DNA from: Glaucostegus cemiculus
Taxonomy: Eukaryota
Assembly (NCBI GenBank): GCA_976551045.1
Contig: CDPCPM010000073.1
Location: forward strand, 28,830,001-28,894,000
DNA: 64,000 bases
Reading direction: 5' to 3'
A program made the position numbers and the translations under genes. Below the pieces are notes generated by a model. That model was not told the DNA's origin and made no database searches. It worked only from the letters and a program-made list of their open reading frames with translations. Shown here piece after piece: positions 62,187 to 64,000 of the stretch. Position 1 is the first letter of the stretch. Every line of letters starts with the position of its first letter.

Positions 62187-62809
62187 CAGAATCAGAATCA
62201 GAATCAGAATCAGTTTTATTGTCACAACCACATACATACAAAGTATGCAGAGGAGCGATATACCGTCCTCCTCATGGTCTCGTCCCATACAAAAAAATGA
62301 CATAACAACCAACAGAGACACATACACACTTGGCAGAATACATAGTATAGATCATTACACCTTAAAAGCTAAGGGGATTGAACTTAAATTCAGGATCGAT
62401 TTTCACTTACACGTATACATGTGCAAAAGACATCAAAGACAACAAAGGACACCTGGACAAAAACATCAAAACATTAACAGCCCCCCTGCCTCACCCCGCA
62501 CCGACGACCACCTCCAACCCCCCCAGTCCTACAACCTCAGGGCCCACAGACCATCAACAACCCCCGGCCCACAGTCCGACCACCTCCGGCCCACAGTCCG
62601 ACCACCTCCGGCTCCTTCGCCTCCGGCACCACCTCCAGCCCACAGTCCGACCACCTCCGGCCCACAGTCCGACCACCTCCGGCACCTTCGCCTCCGACTC
62701 CGCAGTCCGACGACCTCCGGACCCGAATTCCAGCCTCGCATTCCGACGACCTCCGACCCGAATTCCGGCCTCGCATTCCGACGACCTCCGGCCCCGAACT
62801 CCGGCCTCG
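62187..62809 (-). mobile_element. Young non-autonomous retroposon with (GATTCT)n tail and GC-rich tandem repeats
   Basis: 5-bp TSD CAGTT (62182-62186, 62810-62814). (AGAATC)4 at the left end. CpG-rich repeats. No RT similarity seen. Confidence 0.8.
62563..62809. repeat. Compound GC-rich minisatellite
   Basis: About 4 copies of 22-bp CCGGCCCACAGTCCGACCACCT with interspersed CCGGCACCTTCGCCT-like units, then about 2.5 copies of a 35-bp unit CCGGCCTCGCATTCCGACGACCTCCGACCCGAATT. Confidence 0.9.
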
Positions 62810-63509
62810 CAGTTACTCCTAGTTCTAGATTCTTCCCCAAAAGGAAACATCCTCTTCACATTTGGGCTGTCAAGACGACCCCCCCCCAAGGATTTTATAT
62901 ACTTCAGTCAGTTCCCTTCTCACTATTCAAAACTGCAGCAGATCCAGTCCTGGCAGGGTAGGCTTTTCCCCCAGAAGGCATTCTGACCATTCCATGTAAT
63001 TGCACAGTAAACCCAGTTAGATGCTTAATGTATTTTTTCTTCAATTTACAAATCATCTTGTAGTTTCTCTCCTGAATTTAAAGTTATTGACATATGTTGC
63101 TGTATGATTCCATAAACTGGAGTACACTCCAGTGTTTCACTTGAGTAGTTGTACTTTGTTAGCCTTGCTACTAAGTATAGACAAGTAATTAGAGCAATGG
63201 CGCAGTACGGCCGGGCCAAATCTTGTCCTCATCTTAGACCTAGGCACATCTTAGTGAGGATCATTGAACAGTAGTCAAATACAGGATCTTTTGTTAATTT
63301 TCCTTCTATGAGAATGTCTTTTGCTGTCATCATCCCAACAGAGATCAACTCACCAAGTACCTGCCTTTCTAAATGTTTGGATCTAGTGCATCTATCACAC
63401 TTAAAAGCATCTGTTAGATGGGTATGTCGACAAACAAGAAAAACTGGAATTAGGATTAAATTTAGAATTAACAGAGCAGATAGGAATGCTAACAATAAAC
63501 CAACAAATT

Positions 63510-63650
63510 AAAAAGCAACATGTCACAGAGGTTGGAAATCTGAAATTTAAGAAAACGACAGAAATGCTGGAAGTGTTCAGGAGGTCAGACAGCATTTGTG
63601 GAGAAAGAAACAGAGGTAATATTTCAGGGCAATGTCCTTTAATTTGAACA
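63510..63650 (-). mobile_element. Penelope-like terminal-repeat fragment
   Basis: gttggaaatctgaaat...aaatgctggaagtgttcaggaggtcagacagcatttgtggagaaagaaacagag. Confidence 0.6.
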
Positions 63651-64000
63651 AAAATATCTGTTTGGGAAAAGCCTGCATATCTTTTCCCTCTGTTTTTGTC
63701 TCTCCAAGATGAGGAGCCAGGGTTCACAAGCAACCATGAATCTACAGATAAGCATACATTGCTATTGGTCTCTAATTCTTCATAAATGGGAATATTCTGG
63801 TCAACTGGAGCAGGATGTTCCCCACCTCTCAGGCCTTAGAAGACCAAGCTTTACCAGCAGAGTATAGATTGGGTGTTATGTGGTCTTATTTTATTATTGT
63901 TAAATAGTAGTGCATCTTTTGATATACTTTGAGCATCATTAATCTTTATAGATGAAGAATCTTTTCATTTATTTAATGAAAAGATTCTTCATGTGTAGGA

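Larger units (their letters stand above)
61905..62850 (-). mobile_element. CR1 3' fragment split by the 62187-62809 insertion
   Basis: ORF 61953-62147 (LPQKAVKAEALNIFEAEVDRFL). The CR1 resumes at actcctagttctagattc. Confidence 0.8.

Noticed and set aside
62563-62809. Possible CRISPR-like repeat array
   Set aside because: Units are contiguous tandem repeats without unique spacers, the context is vertebrate, and there are no cas genes.
62245-62986. Overlapping 100-240 aa Pro/Arg/Gly-rich ORFs on both strands
   Set aside because: They result from a GC-rich minisatellite lacking stop codons inside a retroposon, and show no domain signature.

Overview
Vertebrate nuclear DNA, not prokaryotic. The window is AT-rich, CpG-depleted and roughly half interspersed repeats. 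The repeat set (many CR1 LINEs, tRNA-headed V-SINEs, Deu-type SINE, Penelope fragments, Rex1/Babar tails, fish-type L1, Harbinger relic) points to a cartilaginous fish, probably a batoid; this is inference from repeat families, not a database result. I could not identify any host protein-coding gene. The window is most likely part of a very long intron or gene desert, with a few isolated exon-like and conserved-element-like spots on the + strand. The largest elements are a 5'-truncated CR1 (2449-5776), a CR1 carrying a nested SINE and a solo LTR (14893-17154), a decayed PIF/Harbinger transposon (about 23585-26210) and an apparently full-length L1 with a 14-bp target-site duplication (29013-34690). 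All element ORFs are broken. The most interesting signals are: (1) an in-phase U-UUA-AAC slippery heptamer at the CR1 ORF1 stop whose -1 frame is the ORF2 frame; (2) a TG...CA solo LTR with a 4-bp TSD; (3) a young CpG-rich non-autonomous retroposon with a (GATTCT)n tail; (4) fold-back Penelope fragments with decayed hammerhead-ribozyme cores; (5) several perfect or near-perfect palindromes and templated duplications that look like template-switch repair scars. Family names come from recalled motifs and need RepeatMasker/Dfam confirmation. Boundaries of old copies are approximate.
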